64,000 bases of DNA from an uncultured Clostridia bacterium (GTDB lineage: Bacteria > Bacillota > Clostridia > TANB77 > CAG-508), in NCBI GenBank assembly GCA_947631785.1, contig CANRMR010000003.1, positions 4,346 to 68,345 of the forward strand, in the 5' to 3' direction. The position numbers and the translations under genes were made by a program. The notes under the pieces were generated by a model. That model made no database searches, was not told the origin of the DNA, and saw nothing but the letters and a program-made list of their open reading frames with translations. This document shows positions 49,603-58,003 of the stretch, piece after piece. How positions within the stretch are numbered: the first letter of the stretch is position 1; each line of letters starts with the position of its first letter.

Positions 49603-49716
49603 TTATCCTTGTCTTTGTTTGTGTTTTGGATTTTCACAAATCACTCTAATAACACCTTTTCTTTTAATAATTTTGCATTTGTCACATATTTTTTTAACTG
49701 ATGGTCTTACTTTCAT
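49603..49716 (-). CDS. rpmJ: 50S ribosomal protein L36 (not in the ORF track; 37 aa)
   Basis: My translation is [44 protein letters not shown] lies upstream. Lies between infA and rpsM. Confidence 0.95.
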   Translation of the reverse strand: MKVRPSVKKICDKCKIIKRKGVIRVICENPKHKQRQG

Positions 49717-49778
49717 TTTTAGCACCTCCTACAAATTTAGGTTTATATTTGGGTTAATTTTTAACACAATTAATTTTT

Positions 49779-49902
49779 AAATTAAATCAAAAACAAGTAG
49801 TACTAGGCAACCGAATGCAAAACATCGGAGGTGTACTTTTGTACATCGAAGATGTTTTGACATGAAGGTTAACGACGTAATACGCAGTTTTTCATTTAAT
49901 TT
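49779..49902. repeat. Imperfect palindrome C (subfamily A/C/F)
   Basis: Outer arms AAATTAAATCAAAAAC / GTTTTTCATTTAATTT. Inner motifs CAAGTAGTACTAGGCAACCGAATGCAAAACATCGGAGGTGTAC-TTTT-GTACATCGAAGATGTTTTGACATGAAGGTTAACGACGTAATACG. It ends at the infA stop. Confidence 0.85.
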
Positions 49903-50120
49903 TATTTGGCACGCCATGTAATACGTCCTCTACTTAAATCATAAGGTGAAAGTTCTACTTTTACTTTGTCTCCTGGTAATATTTTTATATAATTCATTCT
50001 AAGTTTTCCTGAGATATGTGCTAATATTTCATGTCCATTTTCAAGTTTTACTTTAAAATTAGTATTAGGTAAATTTTCTATAACTGTACCTTCTACCTCA
50101 ATCATATCTTCCTTTGACAA
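49902..50120 (-). CDS. infA: Translation initiation factor IF-1
   Basis: 72 aa; [47 protein letters not shown]. Confidence 0.97.
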   Translation of the reverse strand: MSKEDMIEVEGTVIENLPNTNFKVKLENGHEILAHISGKLRMNYIKILPGDKVKVELSPYDLSRGRITWRAK

Positions 50121-50189
50121 CTTTCTTCCTCCCTTATTATGTTCATTTTATTGTTAAAGACAATTAACAAACATTATTATACCTTACTT

Positions 50190-50960
50190 TTATATAATTG
50201 TCAATATTTTTGGCTCTTTTTCTGTAATTAAAATTGTATTTTCATAATGTGCTGCCAAACTTTCATCTTCTGTAACAATTGTCCAACCGTCATCTAACAT
50301 TAAAATATCTGGTTTTCCCATAATTACCATTGGTTCAATTGCAAGTGTCATGCCTGGCTGAAGTCTTACACCTCTGCCTGGTTTTCCGTAATTTGGAATT
50401 CCTGGATCTTCGTGCATGCTTCTTCCTATTCCATGGCCTTGAAATTCTTTTACAACACTATATCCATTTTCTTTAACAAAATTTCCAATTGCATAACAAA
50501 TGTCGCCTAATCTATTTCCTTTTTTTGCATATTTTATTCCTTCAAAAAAAGCTTGTTTTGTAATTTCTACTAATCTTTTTGCCTCTTTAGATGTTTTTCC
50601 TACAATGTATGTTCTTGCTGCATCTCCATGGAAACCATTTTTTTCTGTAACCATATCTATGCTAATAATATCTCCTTCTTTTAATTTAACATATTTTGAT
50701 GGTATTCCATGAATTACTTCATCATTTACTGAGGCACATATTGTTGCTGGAAAATCTGGAATACCTCTTTGTTCACTTGGAAAACCTTTTTGAGCTGGTC
50801 TGCCTCCATTTTTTCTAATAACATCTTCTGCAATTTTATCTAATTCCCATGTTGTAATTCCAGGCCTTATTGCTTCTTCAATTGCTTTATGTGCAAGAGC
50901 AGTAATCCTACTTGCTTCTTCCATAAGTTCAATTTCTCTTTTTGATTTTATCTCTATCAA
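50190..50960 (-). CDS. map: Methionine aminopeptidase type I
   Basis: 256 aa with the pita-bread metal ligand pattern (ISIDM, GHGIG, EPM); spc-operon position. Confidence 0.95.
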   Translation of the reverse strand: MIEIKSKREIELMEEASRITALAHKAIEEAIRPGITTWELDKIAEDVIRKNGGRPAQKGFPSEQRGIPDFPATICASVNDEVIHGIPSKYVKLKEGDIISIDMVTEKNGFHGDAARTYIVGKTSKEAKRLVEITKQAFFEGIKYAKKGNRLGDICYAIGNFVKENGYSVVKEFQGHGIGRSMHEDPGIPNYGKPGRGVRLQPGMTLAIEPMVIMGKPDILMLDDGWTIVTEDESLAAHYENTILITEKEPKILTII

Positions 50961-51025
50961 TTTTCCTTCCTCTTTCTAAATTACCATTTTTCTTCTTTTA
51001 AACTTAAGTTTTTAATGTTTTCTAA

Positions 51026-51055
51026 GTAGAGGGCACGGTGCACCGTGCCCCTACA
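51026..51055 (-). repeat. REP-like hairpin (stem CACGG/CCGTG)
   Basis: GTAGA-GGGCACGG-TG-CACCGTGCCC-CTACA, with GTAG-like ends on both strands. Confidence 0.8.
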
Positions 51056-51081
51056 TTTTTTTGTATTTCTTTGTGGTTTGC

Positions 51082-51104
51082 GGGCGATTAAAATCGCCCC
51101 TACA
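51082..51104 (-). repeat. REP-like hairpin (stem CGATT/AATCG)
   Basis: GGGCGATT-AA-AATCGCCC-CTACA, ending 2 nt before the adk stop. It forms a doublet with 51026..51055. Confidence 0.8.
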
Positions 51105-51105
51105 T

Positions 51106-51768
51106 TTATTTTTTTATTATTTCTACTACTTCTTTTGCTACGTCTTCTGCTAATTTATTTATTTTTGTACTTACTTCAGATGAATATAATACATTTTTTT
51201 CTTTGTAGAATTCTACTATTGGTTCTGATGTTTCGTAATATGCTTTTAATCTATTTTTTATTGTTTCTTTTGTGTCATCTTTTCTTTGTATTAATGCACT
51301 TCCACATTTATCACATATTCCATCTTGTTTTGGTGGGTTCATTGTTACATTAAATACTGCTTTACATTCTTGGTTTGTACATACCCTTCTGTTTGATATT
51401 CTTTCAATTATTTCTTCTTCTGGTGTTATTAAGTTTATTGCCATGTCTACTTTTTTATTATTTTTTGCAAGCATTTTTTCTAATTTTATTGCTTGCTCTT
51501 TTGTTCTTGGAAATCCGTCTAATATTACTCCGTTTTCTAAATCTGGCTGGTTTAATCTTTCATCTACAACTTTAATTACAACTTCATCTGGAACTAACAA
51601 TCCTTTTTCCATATATCCTGCAACTTCATTTCCTAAAGGTGTTTTTTCTTTAATTGCCTTTCTAAAAATATCTCCTGTTGATACTTGCTTAATTCCTAAT
51701 TTTTCTTGCAAGATTCCTGCTACTGTTCCTTTTCCTGTGCCTGGTGCACCTAACATAATAATTACCAT
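51106..51768 (-). CDS. adk: Adenylate kinase
   Basis: GAPGTGKGT P-loop; lid-domain Cys pairs (CTNQEC...CDKCGS). Confidence 0.96.
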   Translation of the reverse strand: MVIIMLGAPGTGKGTVAGILQEKLGIKQVSTGDIFRKAIKEKTPLGNEVAGYMEKGLLVPDEVVIKVVDERLNQPDLENGVILDGFPRTKEQAIKLEKMLAKNNKKVDMAINLITPEEEIIERISNRRVCTNQECKAVFNVTMNPPKQDGICDKCGSALIQRKDDTKETIKNRLKAYYETSEPIVEFYKEKNVLYSSEVSTKINKLAEDVAKEVVEIIKK

Positions 51769-51921
51769 TTTTCATCTCTCCTTTAAAAATATTTTATTAA
51801 TGTATGTTATATACTTTTTTAAATAATTATTATATAAATTATTTAAAAAAATATATAATTTAATAATTATGCTTCGTATTTTTGGCCTACACCAACATTT
51901 ATTTGATATTTAATGCATATT

Positions 51922-51950
51922 GGGCAGACTAAAAGGCGTCTGCCCTTACA
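51922..51950 (-). repeat. REP-like hairpin (stem CAGAC/GTCTG, degenerate tail)
   Basis: GGGCAGAC-TAAAAGGC-GTCTGCCC-TTACA in the secY-adk spacer. Confidence 0.7.
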
Positions 51951-51981
51951 TTTTTTATATTTATTGTGTTTCTTAATTTGT

Positions 51982-53304
51982 TTACTCTAAAAATCCCTTG
52001 TAATGTCTCATTACTAATTGTGATTCTAGTTGTTGTACTGTTTCTAGCGCTACACCTACTACGATTAATATTGATGTACCACCAAATGCAATATTTATAC
52101 TTGTAAATCTAAGTAGCATTGGTATAATTGCAATTATTGCTAAGAATAAACCTCCAAACCATGTTAATTTTGAAATAATACTAGATAAATATTCTGTTGT
52201 TGGTTTTCCTGCACGAATTCCTGGTATAAATCCACCATTTTTCTTAATATTGTTTGATACCTCTGCTGGATTGAATGTTGCATATGTATAAAAGAATGTA
52301 AATCCAACAATTAGCAATAAGTATACTATTGCATTTGCAATTGAATAACCTACTGGTACTGCTGATGTTGATGTCGCAATAGAAAATTTATATAATCCTG
52401 CTAAAAATCCCGTTTGATTTGCTATATCGCTATTAAACATTTGAATAATCATAGCTGGAAATGTCATAAATGATGATGCAAAGATAACTGGCATAACACC
52501 TGCCATTACAAGCTTTAATGGAATGTGTGTGCTTTGTCCTCCATACATCTTTCTTCCAACTACTTTTTTAGCATATTGTACTGGTACTCTTCTTTCTGCT
52601 TGTTGTACAAACACAACTCCTGTAACTAAAATTATAGCTCCTACAACAATTCCTATAGCTGTTAGTAAACCTGTTGTAGAGAATACTCCATTTGCTATTA
52701 TTAAGTTCCATATTGTAACAATTCCACCTGGTAATCCTGAAATAATACCAATGAAGATAATAAGTGAAATTCCATTACCAATTCCTTTTGAAGTAATTTG
52801 TTCTCCAAGCCACATAAGTAGTGCAGTACCTGTAACTAATGATAGTATTATTAAACTTCCTGTTCCAAATCCTGAATCAACAAATATTCCTGATTTTCTA
52901 TATGATAAGAATATTCCTGCAGCTTCTATAATCGCAAGTATAATAGTAAGTATCTTTGTATAACGATTAATTTTAGCTCTTCCTTCTTCTCCACCTTCTT
53001 TTGTTAACTTTTCTAAGGCTGGAATTACCATTGCTAAAAGTTGTATAACAATGGATGCAGTTATGTAAGGGCTAATTGACATTGCAAAGATAGAAAATCT
53101 TGAAAATGCCCCACCTGAAATCATATCTATTAATCCACCTAATCCATTTGATGATGAATTCATTGCATTACTTAATGCTACAGTATCTACTCCTGGTACC
53201 GTAATGTAGCATCCTAGTCTAAAAATAATAATTAAAACTAATGTATATAATAATTTTTTTCTAACCTCTGGTGTTGAAATAGCATTTTTTATTGTTTTAA
53301 ACAA
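51982..53304 (-). CDS. secY: Preprotein translocase subunit SecY
   Basis: 440 aa, about 10 TM helices, between rplO and adk. Confidence 0.96.
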   Translation of the reverse strand: MFKTIKNAISTPEVRKKLLYTLVLIIIFRLGCYITVPGVDTVALSNAMNSSSNGLGGLIDMISGGAFSRFSIFAMSISPYITASIVIQLLAMVIPALEKLTKEGGEEGRAKINRYTKILTIILAIIEAAGIFLSYRKSGIFVDSGFGTGSLIILSLVTGTALLMWLGEQITSKGIGNGISLIIFIGIISGLPGGIVTIWNLIIANGVFSTTGLLTAIGIVVGAIILVTGVVFVQQAERRVPVQYAKKVVGRKMYGGQSTHIPLKLVMAGVMPVIFASSFMTFPAMIIQMFNSDIANQTGFLAGLYKFSIATSTSAVPVGYSIANAIVYLLLIVGFTFFYTYATFNPAEVSNNIKKNGGFIPGIRAGKPTTEYLSSIISKLTWFGGLFLAIIAIIPMLLRFTSINIAFGGTSILIVVGVALETVQQLESQLVMRHYKGFLE

Positions 53305-53748
53305 TTAAATCACCTCTATCTTTCCTCCTGCTGCTTCTATTTTTTCAGCAGCTCCTTTTGTAAATCTTTTTGCCTTTACTGTTAATTTTTTATCTAGACT
53401 ACCTGTTCCAAGTATAACAATTCCGTCACATATTTTACTTATAATTCCTTCTTCTAATAATGTTTCTGCTGTAACTTCTTCTGCTTTTGATTCATTAAGC
53501 ATTGTTAGTGTTACTTCTACATAATTTTTTGCATGAATATTTGTAAAACCTCTTTTTGGTAATCTTCTATATAATGGTGTTTGACCACCTTCAAATCCAC
53601 GTCTTACTCCTCCACCTGATCTTGCTTTTTGTCCCTTTTGACCTCTACCAGATGTTTTTCCAAGTCCAGAACCTATTCCACGACCTACTCTTCTTCTTGT
53701 TTTAGTTTCTGTATGTGGTTTTAATTCACCTAATTGCATTATTTGCAC
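53305..53748 (-). CDS. rplO: 50S ribosomal protein L15
   Basis: [24 protein letters not shown]. The start may be the internal Met at 53739. Confidence 0.95.
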   Translation of the reverse strand: MQIMQLGELKPHTETKTRRRVGRGIGSGLGKTSGRGQKGQKARSGGGVRRGFEGGQTPLYRRLPKRGFTNIHAKNYVEVTLTMLNESKAEEVTAETLLEEGIISKICDGIVILGTGSLDKKLTVKAKRFTKGAAEKIEAAGGKIEVI

Positions 53749-53759
53749 CTACCCTTCTA

Positions 53760-54248
53760 TTAGATAATTTCTTCTACCTTTTTTCCTCTTTTTTTAGCTA
53801 CTTGCTCAATTGTTTTCATATTTTTTAAACCTTCAATTGTAGCATAAACAACGTTTCTTGGATTATTTGTTCCAATAACTTTTGTTCTAATATCTTTATA
53901 TCCTGCAAGTTCTAATACAGGTCTTACACTTCCTCCTGCTATAACTCCTGTACCTTCTGCAGCAGGCTTTAATACAACACTTGCACTTCCAAATCTTCCA
54001 ACATATTCATGTGGTATACTTGTTCCAACAACAGGAACTGTTACTAAATTTTTCTTAGCATCTTCAATTGCTTTTTTAATAGCATCTGGAACTTCTGCTG
54101 CTTTTCCATTTCCAACACCAACATGACCTTGTTCATCACCAACTACTACAACAGCACTAAAACGGAAAGTTCTACCACCTTTAACAACTTTTGCAACACG
54201 ATTAATTGCTACTACTTTTTCTTTTAACTCATTATTATTTTCTTCCAT
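53760..54248 (-). CDS. rpsE: 30S ribosomal protein S5
   Basis: [27 protein letters not shown]. Confidence 0.97.
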   Translation of the reverse strand: MEENNNELKEKVVAINRVAKVVKGGRTFRFSAVVVVGDEQGHVGVGNGKAAEVPDAIKKAIEDAKKNLVTVPVVGTSIPHEYVGRFGSASVVLKPAAEGTGVIAGGSVRPVLELAGYKDIRTKVIGTNNPRNVVYATIEGLKNMKTIEQVAKKRGKKVEEII

Positions 54249-54276
54249 GTAATTTTATTTTCCTCCTTTCTTAAGA

Positions 54277-54636
54277 CTAAAATTTTAATCCAGCAGTTCT
54301 TGCTGCTTCAGCTAATTCTTTAACAACACCATGATAGATATATCCTCCTCTATCATATACTACTGTCTTAATATTTTTCTCTATTGCTCTTTTTGCAATT
54401 AATGTTCCAACTTCTTTTGCAGCTTCTTTATTACTGTGTTTTGTTTTTACTTCTTTATCTAATGTAGAAGCTTGCACAAGTGTTTTTCCTTGAGCATCAT
54501 CGATTATTTGAGCATAAATATTTGCATTACTTCTATACACACATAATCTTGGACATTCAGAACTACCACTTATTTTTCTACGAACACGAATATGTCTTCT
54601 TGTTCTTTCAAATTTTCTATCAGTCTTTTTAATCAT
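54277..54636 (-). CDS. rplR: 50S ribosomal protein L18
   Basis: [30 protein letters not shown]. Confidence 0.97.
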   Translation of the reverse strand: MIKKTDRKFERTRRHIRVRRKISGSSECPRLCVYRSNANIYAQIIDDAQGKTLVQASTLDKEVKTKHSNKEAAKEVGTLIAKRAIEKNIKTVVYDRGGYIYHGVVKELAEAARTAGLKF

Positions 54637-54707
54637 TTCTTTCTCCTTTCTAAAAAATTAGTTATTATTAAATTAAATTGGTATATTGCTTAATATTTAT
54701 TATAAAA

Positions 54708-54823
54708 ATAATTAAAAGTATTAAGATGTACATTTTCATAAGTTAATCAGGATGATGGCATACTTTTGTATGTTGAATTCTGATTAATGAAATGAAAATG
54801 TGCGAATTGATGCTTTTAATTAT
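54708..54823. repeat. Imperfect palindrome D (divergent member)
   Basis: Outer arms ATAATTAAAAG / CTTTTAATTAT. ACATTTTCAT/ATGAAAATGT and TTAATCAG/CTGATTAA stems. Apex CATAC-TTTT-GTATG. The right end overlaps the rplF stop. An orphan AATTGGTATATTGCT fragment lies just upstream (54676..54690). Confidence 0.75.
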
Positions 54824-55359
54824 TTTTTACCAGCTTTACCCTCTTTACGTCTAATAACCTCATCAGCATATTTAATACCTTTTCCTCTATATACCTCTGG
54901 TGGTCTTTTTGTTCTAATTACAGCAGCTGTTTGACCAACTAATTCTTTATCAATCCCTCTTACTATAATTTGGTTTTGATTTGGAACATCAAATGTAATT
55001 CCTTCTGGTGCTTTCATTTCTACTGGATGAGAATATCCAAGTGTAAGTACTAAATCATTTCCTTTTTTTTGTACTCTATAACCAACACCATTAATTTCTA
55101 ACTCTTTTTTAAATTCGTCTTTTACGCCTATTACCATATTTTTAATTAATGTTCTTGTTAATCCATGTAACGCTTTGTTTTCTGGTTCATCATTTGGTCT
55201 TTTTACTGTAATTACATTATTTTCTACTGCAATATCCATATTTTTATGAAATTCCTTTTCCAATGTTCCCTTTGGACCCGTTACAGTTACCTTTTGACCA
55301 TCCACTTTAACAGTTACACCTTCTGGTACATTAATAGGACTATTTCCTATTCTTGACAT
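54820..55359 (-). CDS. rplF: 50S ribosomal protein L6
   Basis: [31 protein letters not shown]. Confidence 0.97.
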   Translation of the reverse strand: MSRIGNSPINVPEGVTVKVDGQKVTVTGPKGTLEKEFHKNMDIAVENNVITVKRPNDEPENKALHGLTRTLIKNMVIGVKDEFKKELEINGVGYRVQKKGNDLVLTLGYSHPVEMKAPEGITFDVPNQNQIIVRGIDKELVGQTAAVIRTKRPPEVYRGKGIKYADEVIRRKEGKAGKK

Positions 55360-55396
55360 TTCTATTTCACCTCTCTATATTTTGTTTTTTTATAAA

Positions 55397-55795
55397 TTAC
55401 CATACATAAGCTAGCACTTCTCCACCTACATTATTTTGTCTTGCTTTTCTATCAGTCATCATACCCTTTGAAGTAGAAACAAGTGCAATTCCTAATCCAT
55501 TTAATACTTTTGGTAATTCCTCTGAACTTGCATAAACTCTTAATCCTGGTTTACTAATTCTTTTTAATCCAGCAATTACTCTATTTCCATTTTCATCGTA
55601 TTTTAAAGTAATTCTAATAATACCTTGCACTCCATCATCAATTTCCTCAAAAGACTTAATATATCCTTCCTCAAATAAAATTTCAGCAATTGACTTTTTC
55701 ATTTTTGATGCTGGAATATCAACTGTTTTATGCTTAGAACTATTTGCATTTCTAATTCTTGTTAACATATCTGCAATTGGATCTGTAATATTCAA
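55397..55795 (-). CDS. rpsH: 30S ribosomal protein S8
   Basis: A TTG start at 55795 gives [17 protein letters not shown], with AAGGAGG 8 nt upstream. The track's ATG at 55816 overlaps that SD. Confidence 0.93.
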   Translation of the reverse strand: MNITDPIADMLTRIRNANSSKHKTVDIPASKMKKSIAEILFEEGYIKSFEEIDDGVQGIIRITLKYDENGNRVIAGLKRISKPGLRVYASSEELPKVLNGLGIALVSTSKGMMTDRKARQNNVGGEVLAYVW

Positions 55796-55846
55796 CTTCT
55801 TTACCTCCTTTTCCATCTGGGTATAGAACCCTATCTCTATTTTTTT

Positions 55847-55969
55847 AAACGAAGCAAAATTGGTATATTGCTAGGCAAAATTAATTTAAAATACCAGAGG
55901 TGTACTTTTTGTACATCGAAGGTTTTTAAATTAATTTTAACGACGCAAGATGCCGATTTTCATTCGTTT
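55847..55969. repeat. Imperfect palindrome E (subfamily B/E/H)
   Basis: AAACGAAGCAAAATTGGTATATTGCTAGGCAAAATTAATTTAAAATACCAGAGGTGTAC-TTTTT-GTACATCGAAGGTTTTTAAATTAATTTTAACGACGCAAGATGCCGATTTTCATTCGTTT. Confidence 0.85.
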
Positions 55970-55974
55970 TAGGT

Positions 55975-56160
55975 TTACCAGCTTGCTTTCTTAACCCCTG
56001 GAATCTCTCCCTTATGAGCTAATTCTCTAAAGCAAACACGGCAAATACCATATTTTCTAATATATGCATGTGGTCTACCACATAATTTACATCTATTATA
56101 TTCTCTAGTCTTATATTTTTGTGGTTTTTGTTGTTTAACAATCATAGACTTTTTAGCCAT
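55975..56160 (-). CDS. rpsN: 30S ribosomal protein S14 (61-aa zinc type)
   Basis: CKLCGRP...CRVCFRE Cys pairs. Confidence 0.96.
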   Translation of the reverse strand: MAKKSMIVKQQKPQKYKTREYNRCKLCGRPHAYIRKYGICRVCFRELAHKGEIPGVKKASW

Positions 56161-56215
56161 AATTTTCTCCTTCCATTTTTATTCATTTAAATATTATTAA
56201 ATTAAAAAACTACTT

Positions 56216-56339
56216 AAAATTAATTAGAAACAAGTATAACTAGGCAACCGAATGCAAAACACCGGAGGTGTACTTTTGTACATCGAGGATGTTTTGACAT
56301 GAAGGTTAACGACGTTAGACGCAGTTTATAATTAATTTT
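56216..56339. repeat. Imperfect palindrome F (subfamily A/C/F; ~94% identical to C over the core)
   Basis: Outer arms AAAATTAATTAGAAAC / GTTTATAATTAATTTT. The core matches copy C with about 6 differences. The right arm overlaps the rplE stop and last two codons. Confidence 0.85.
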
Positions 56340-56871
56340 TAAATGGCATACCCATTAAAGAAAGCAACTCCTTTGCCTCCTCATCAGTATGAGCTGTTGT
56401 AACAAAAATAATATCCATACCTCTTATTTTATCTACTTTATCATATTCAATTTCTGGGAAAATTAATTGTTCTTTAACTCCCATTGAGTAATTTCCTCTT
56501 CCATCAAAAGAGTTAAAAGAAACTCCTCTAAAATCCCTTACTCTTGGAAGTGCTACATTAAATAATTTGTATGCAAATTCATACATTTTTTTGTCTCTTA
56601 ATGTTACTTTACATCCAACATGAGCACCTTCTCTTAATTTAAAAGCTGCAATTGATTTTCTTGCTTTTGTAATAACTGGTTTTTGTCCAGTAATTATAGA
56701 TAAGTCATTAACTGCATTTTCTAATGATTTTGGATTATCTTTAACATCTCCTAAACCAATATTAATTACTATTTTTTCAAGTTTTGGAACTTGCATTATA
56801 GATTTATAATTAAATTTTTTCATTAATGCTGGAACGACTTCTTTATTATATTGTTCTCTTAGCTTTTCCAT
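56332..56871 (-). CDS. rplE: 50S ribosomal protein L5
   Basis: [39 protein letters not shown]. Confidence 0.97.
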   Translation of the reverse strand: MEKLREQYNKEVVPALMKKFNYKSIMQVPKLEKIVINIGLGDVKDNPKSLENAVNDLSIITGQKPVITKARKSIAAFKLREGAHVGCKVTLRDKKMYEFAYKLFNVALPRVRDFRGVSFNSFDGRGNYSMGVKEQLIFPEIEYDKVDKIRGMDIIFVTTAHTDEEAKELLSLMGMPFKN

Positions 56872-56899
56872 AGAAATGCTATTCCTCCTTTCATTATTA

Positions 56900-57208
56900 C
56901 TACTTTAATTTAGTTGCGCATCTTTTACAAACACGTACTTTTTTATCTTTATCCATTTCATAACCTATTCTAGCTGGTTTGTTACATTTTGGGCATATAA
57001 CATTAACTTTACTTGCATGAATTGCACATTCTACTGGTATAATGCCTCCTTCTTCTCCTTGCTTTCTAGGTTTTACATGTCTTTTTCTAATATTAACACC
57101 TTTTACAATTATTTTTTCAGTTTTTGGTATTACCTCTAATACTTCTCCTTTTTTACCTTTGTCATTTCCAGATAAAACTTGAACAGTATCACCTTTTTTT
57201 ATCTTCAT
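56900..57208 (-). CDS. rplX: 50S ribosomal protein L24
   Basis: [26 protein letters not shown] motif, plus CPKC...CKRC Cys pairs. Confidence 0.96.
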   Translation of the reverse strand: MKIKKGDTVQVLSGNDKGKKGEVLEVIPKTEKIIVKGVNIRKRHVKPRKQGEEGGIIPVECAIHASKVNVICPKCNKPARIGYEMDKDKKVRVCKRCATKLK

Positions 57209-57259
57209 ATTTTCTATCTCACCTCTTTAATTTAAAATATTACCAAAAATATGCTTTTT

Positions 57260-57297
57260 CTAAAACGATGAAAAATGCCGATTTTCATTCGTTTTAG
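57260..57297. repeat. Palindrome G: 38-nt internally deleted derivative of the B/E/H subfamily
   Basis: CTAAAACGATGAAAA-ATGCCG-ATTTTCATTCGTTTTAG. The right half is identical to the right end of E (ATGCCGATTTTCATTCGTTTTAG). Confidence 0.7.
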
Positions 57298-57298
57298 T

Positions 57299-57667
57299 TT
57301 AAAGAACTTCTGGAGCAAGTGAAAGAATTTTCATATACTCTCCATCTCTTAGTTCTCTTGCTACTGGGCCAAAAATACGTGTTCCTCTTGGTGTTTTATC
57401 ATCACGTATAATTACGGCCGCATTTTCGTCAAATCTTATATATGAACCATCTGGACGTCTTGTAGGTTTTTTTGTTCTAACAACAACTGCTTTAACAACT
57501 TCACCTTTTTTTACAACGCCTCCTGGTGTAGCACTTTTAACAGAAGCAACTATAATATCTCCTATTTTAGCATATCTTCTATAAGATCCACCTAAACAAC
57601 GAATACACATAATTTCTTTTGCTCCTGTGTTATCTGCAACTTTTAATATTGATTGTTGTTGTACCAT
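57299..57667 (-). CDS. rplN: 50S ribosomal protein L14
   Basis: [23 protein letters not shown]. Confidence 0.97.
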   Translation of the reverse strand: MVQQQSILKVADNTGAKEIMCIRCLGGSYRRYAKIGDIIVASVKSATPGGVVKKGEVVKAVVVRTKKPTRRPDGSYIRFDENAAVIIRDDKTPRGTRIFGPVARELRDGEYMKILSLAPEVL

Positions 57668-57688
57668 CTGGCTATTCCTCCTTTTAAT

Positions 57689-57952
57689 TTATTTAATCAC
57701 TGCTTTTTCAAGTATTTCCACAACTCTCCATCTTTTATCTTTAGATAGTGGACGTGTTTCCATTACTTTTACTTTATCTCCTATTTGGCAAGCATTTTCT
57801 TCATCATGAGCTTTTAATTTATATGTTCTTTTTACAATTTTGTCATACATTTTATGTTTTACACTTGTTTCAACTGATACTACTACTGTTTTGTCCATTT
57901 TATTTGATGTAACAGTACCAATCATAACTTTACGAAGATTTCTTTCTTCCAT
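57689..57952 (-). CDS. rpsQ: 30S ribosomal protein S17
   Basis: [39 protein letters not shown]. Confidence 0.97.
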   Translation of the reverse strand: MEERNLRKVMIGTVTSNKMDKTVVVSVETSVKHKMYDKIVKRTYKLKAHDEENACQIGDKVKVMETRPLSKDKRWRVVEILEKAVIK

Positions 57953-58003
57953 GAATTTTTTTCTCCTTTCTTATTTTAGAAAAATATTCTACTAAATCTA
58001 TTA

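Noticed and set aside
49839-49865. Calling the 8-codon TTG ORF (MYIEDVLT) in the palindrome apex as a gene.
   Set aside because: It is too short, and its conservation is confounded with conservation of the hairpin apex. It is kept only as a hypothesis within a finding and is not annotated as a CDS.
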